A stretch of DNA of 64,000 bases from assembly GCF_006345805.1 (NCBI RefSeq), contig NC_043004.1, positions 25,172,001 to 25,236,000 of the forward strand, in the 5' to 3' direction. The translations under genes were made by a program, and so were the position numbers. Positions within the stretch are counted from its first letter, which is position 1; the number at the start of each line of letters is the position of its first letter. Below the pieces are notes generated by a model. It made no database searches. It was not told the DNA's origin and was given only the letters and a program-made list of their open reading frames with translations. This DNA comes from Octopus sinensis. Taxonomy: Eukaryota. This document shows positions 63,068 to 64,000 of this stretch, piece after piece.

Positions 63068-64000
63068 TGAAAGAACCTGCCGTGTGTATGTGTGGGTGTG
63101 TGAATGTGTGTGTGCATATGTGTGTGTATAGTCCAAGGTGGTGCTCCAGCATGGCCGCAGTCAGATGACTGAAGCAAGTAAAAGAATAAAAGAATATATA
63201 TGTGTGTGTGTGTGTTGTGTGTTTGTGTTGTTTGTCTTTACCACCGCTTGACGATCGGTGTTGGTTTGTTAATGTCTCCGTAATTTAGTGGTTCGGCAAA
63301 ATAGACCGTTAGAGTAAGTACCAAACTTAAAAAAAGAAACAAGTATTGGGGGTCGATCTGTTCGATTAAAACCCTTCAAGGCGGTGTCCCAGCATGGCCG
63401 CAGTCCACTGACTGAAACAAATAAATAATTAAACGATAAGGCGAACACTTTCACAACGGAGTCGTGTACCTTTTTGTTCCACATAAAATATCGTAGAAAG
63501 CAAACACAAAAATGAATATTTCTAATTTTCTGTTTGATTAAATATTTTTTGTTTAAATAATATTTACCCTATTCTTTCCCTGTTATATCTATCTTTCTAT
63601 CTCAGCAGCACCTTAAAAAAATAGCGCTCAATCACTTTTAACGAATTTTTGTAAGCATTTCGAAATTTTCAAGTCGCCTACTTATTTATTTCTATATTTA
63701 TTGTAAACGGATTTGAAGAGCGAGAAGTTAGCAATTGTCCACTCCTTAACTGAAGCTACTAAATTGTTTATCTAGGGAAACACCTTCTACTTAACGTTAT
63801 ACCAACCAGCAGAGATCTTTAATTTCGATTCTAGGAATTCAAGATGAACATTTCTGTAGGTGTTAAATAGCTAATTAAGTAGTTAATTACCTATACAATA
63901 AAGAGATAAATAATTAGCAGACAGAAATATTTATACAGTTAATTACAACTTATAACAATAACATCCTGAATTGTTCAGTACTTTTCAATTAATTGGGCGA

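Overview
AT-rich, microsatellite- and SINE-dense metazoan DNA. The repeat families and gene structures point to a cephalopod, probably Octopus (inference). Two host genes can be built by hand, both on +. (1) A complete 10-exon mitochondrial-clan cytochrome P450 (2454-19046, 502 aa, all splice phases consistent). (2) The first three coding exons of a CIB1-like calcium- and integrin-binding protein (33983-34033, 51634-51668, 53030-53129); the rest lies beyond the window. Intron 1 of the CIB gene holds an apparently intact 6.1-kb Tx1-clade LINE (antisense) bounded on both sides by (GATA)n. It sits inside a SINE that also carries a second SINE and a Helitron. The most unusual signal is a set of Penelope-type minimal type I hammerhead ribozyme motifs with palindromic stem III. 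Their cores show three alternative 3-8 pairings (C3-G8, U3-A8, G3-C8) plus U4C and A6U variants. Two sit in long fold-back elements, and two form the tails of tRNA-headed SINE-like copies. Four SINE types have 3' tails resembling four different retroelement groups (Tx1, RTE, CR1-like, Penelope). For the first three, the matching LINE 3' end is also in the window. A decayed mariner, an (AAT)n-flanked non-coding element and a 752-bp tandem duplication are also present. Most ORFs in the supplied track are microsatellite artefacts. All alignments and folds were done by eye; no searches were run.
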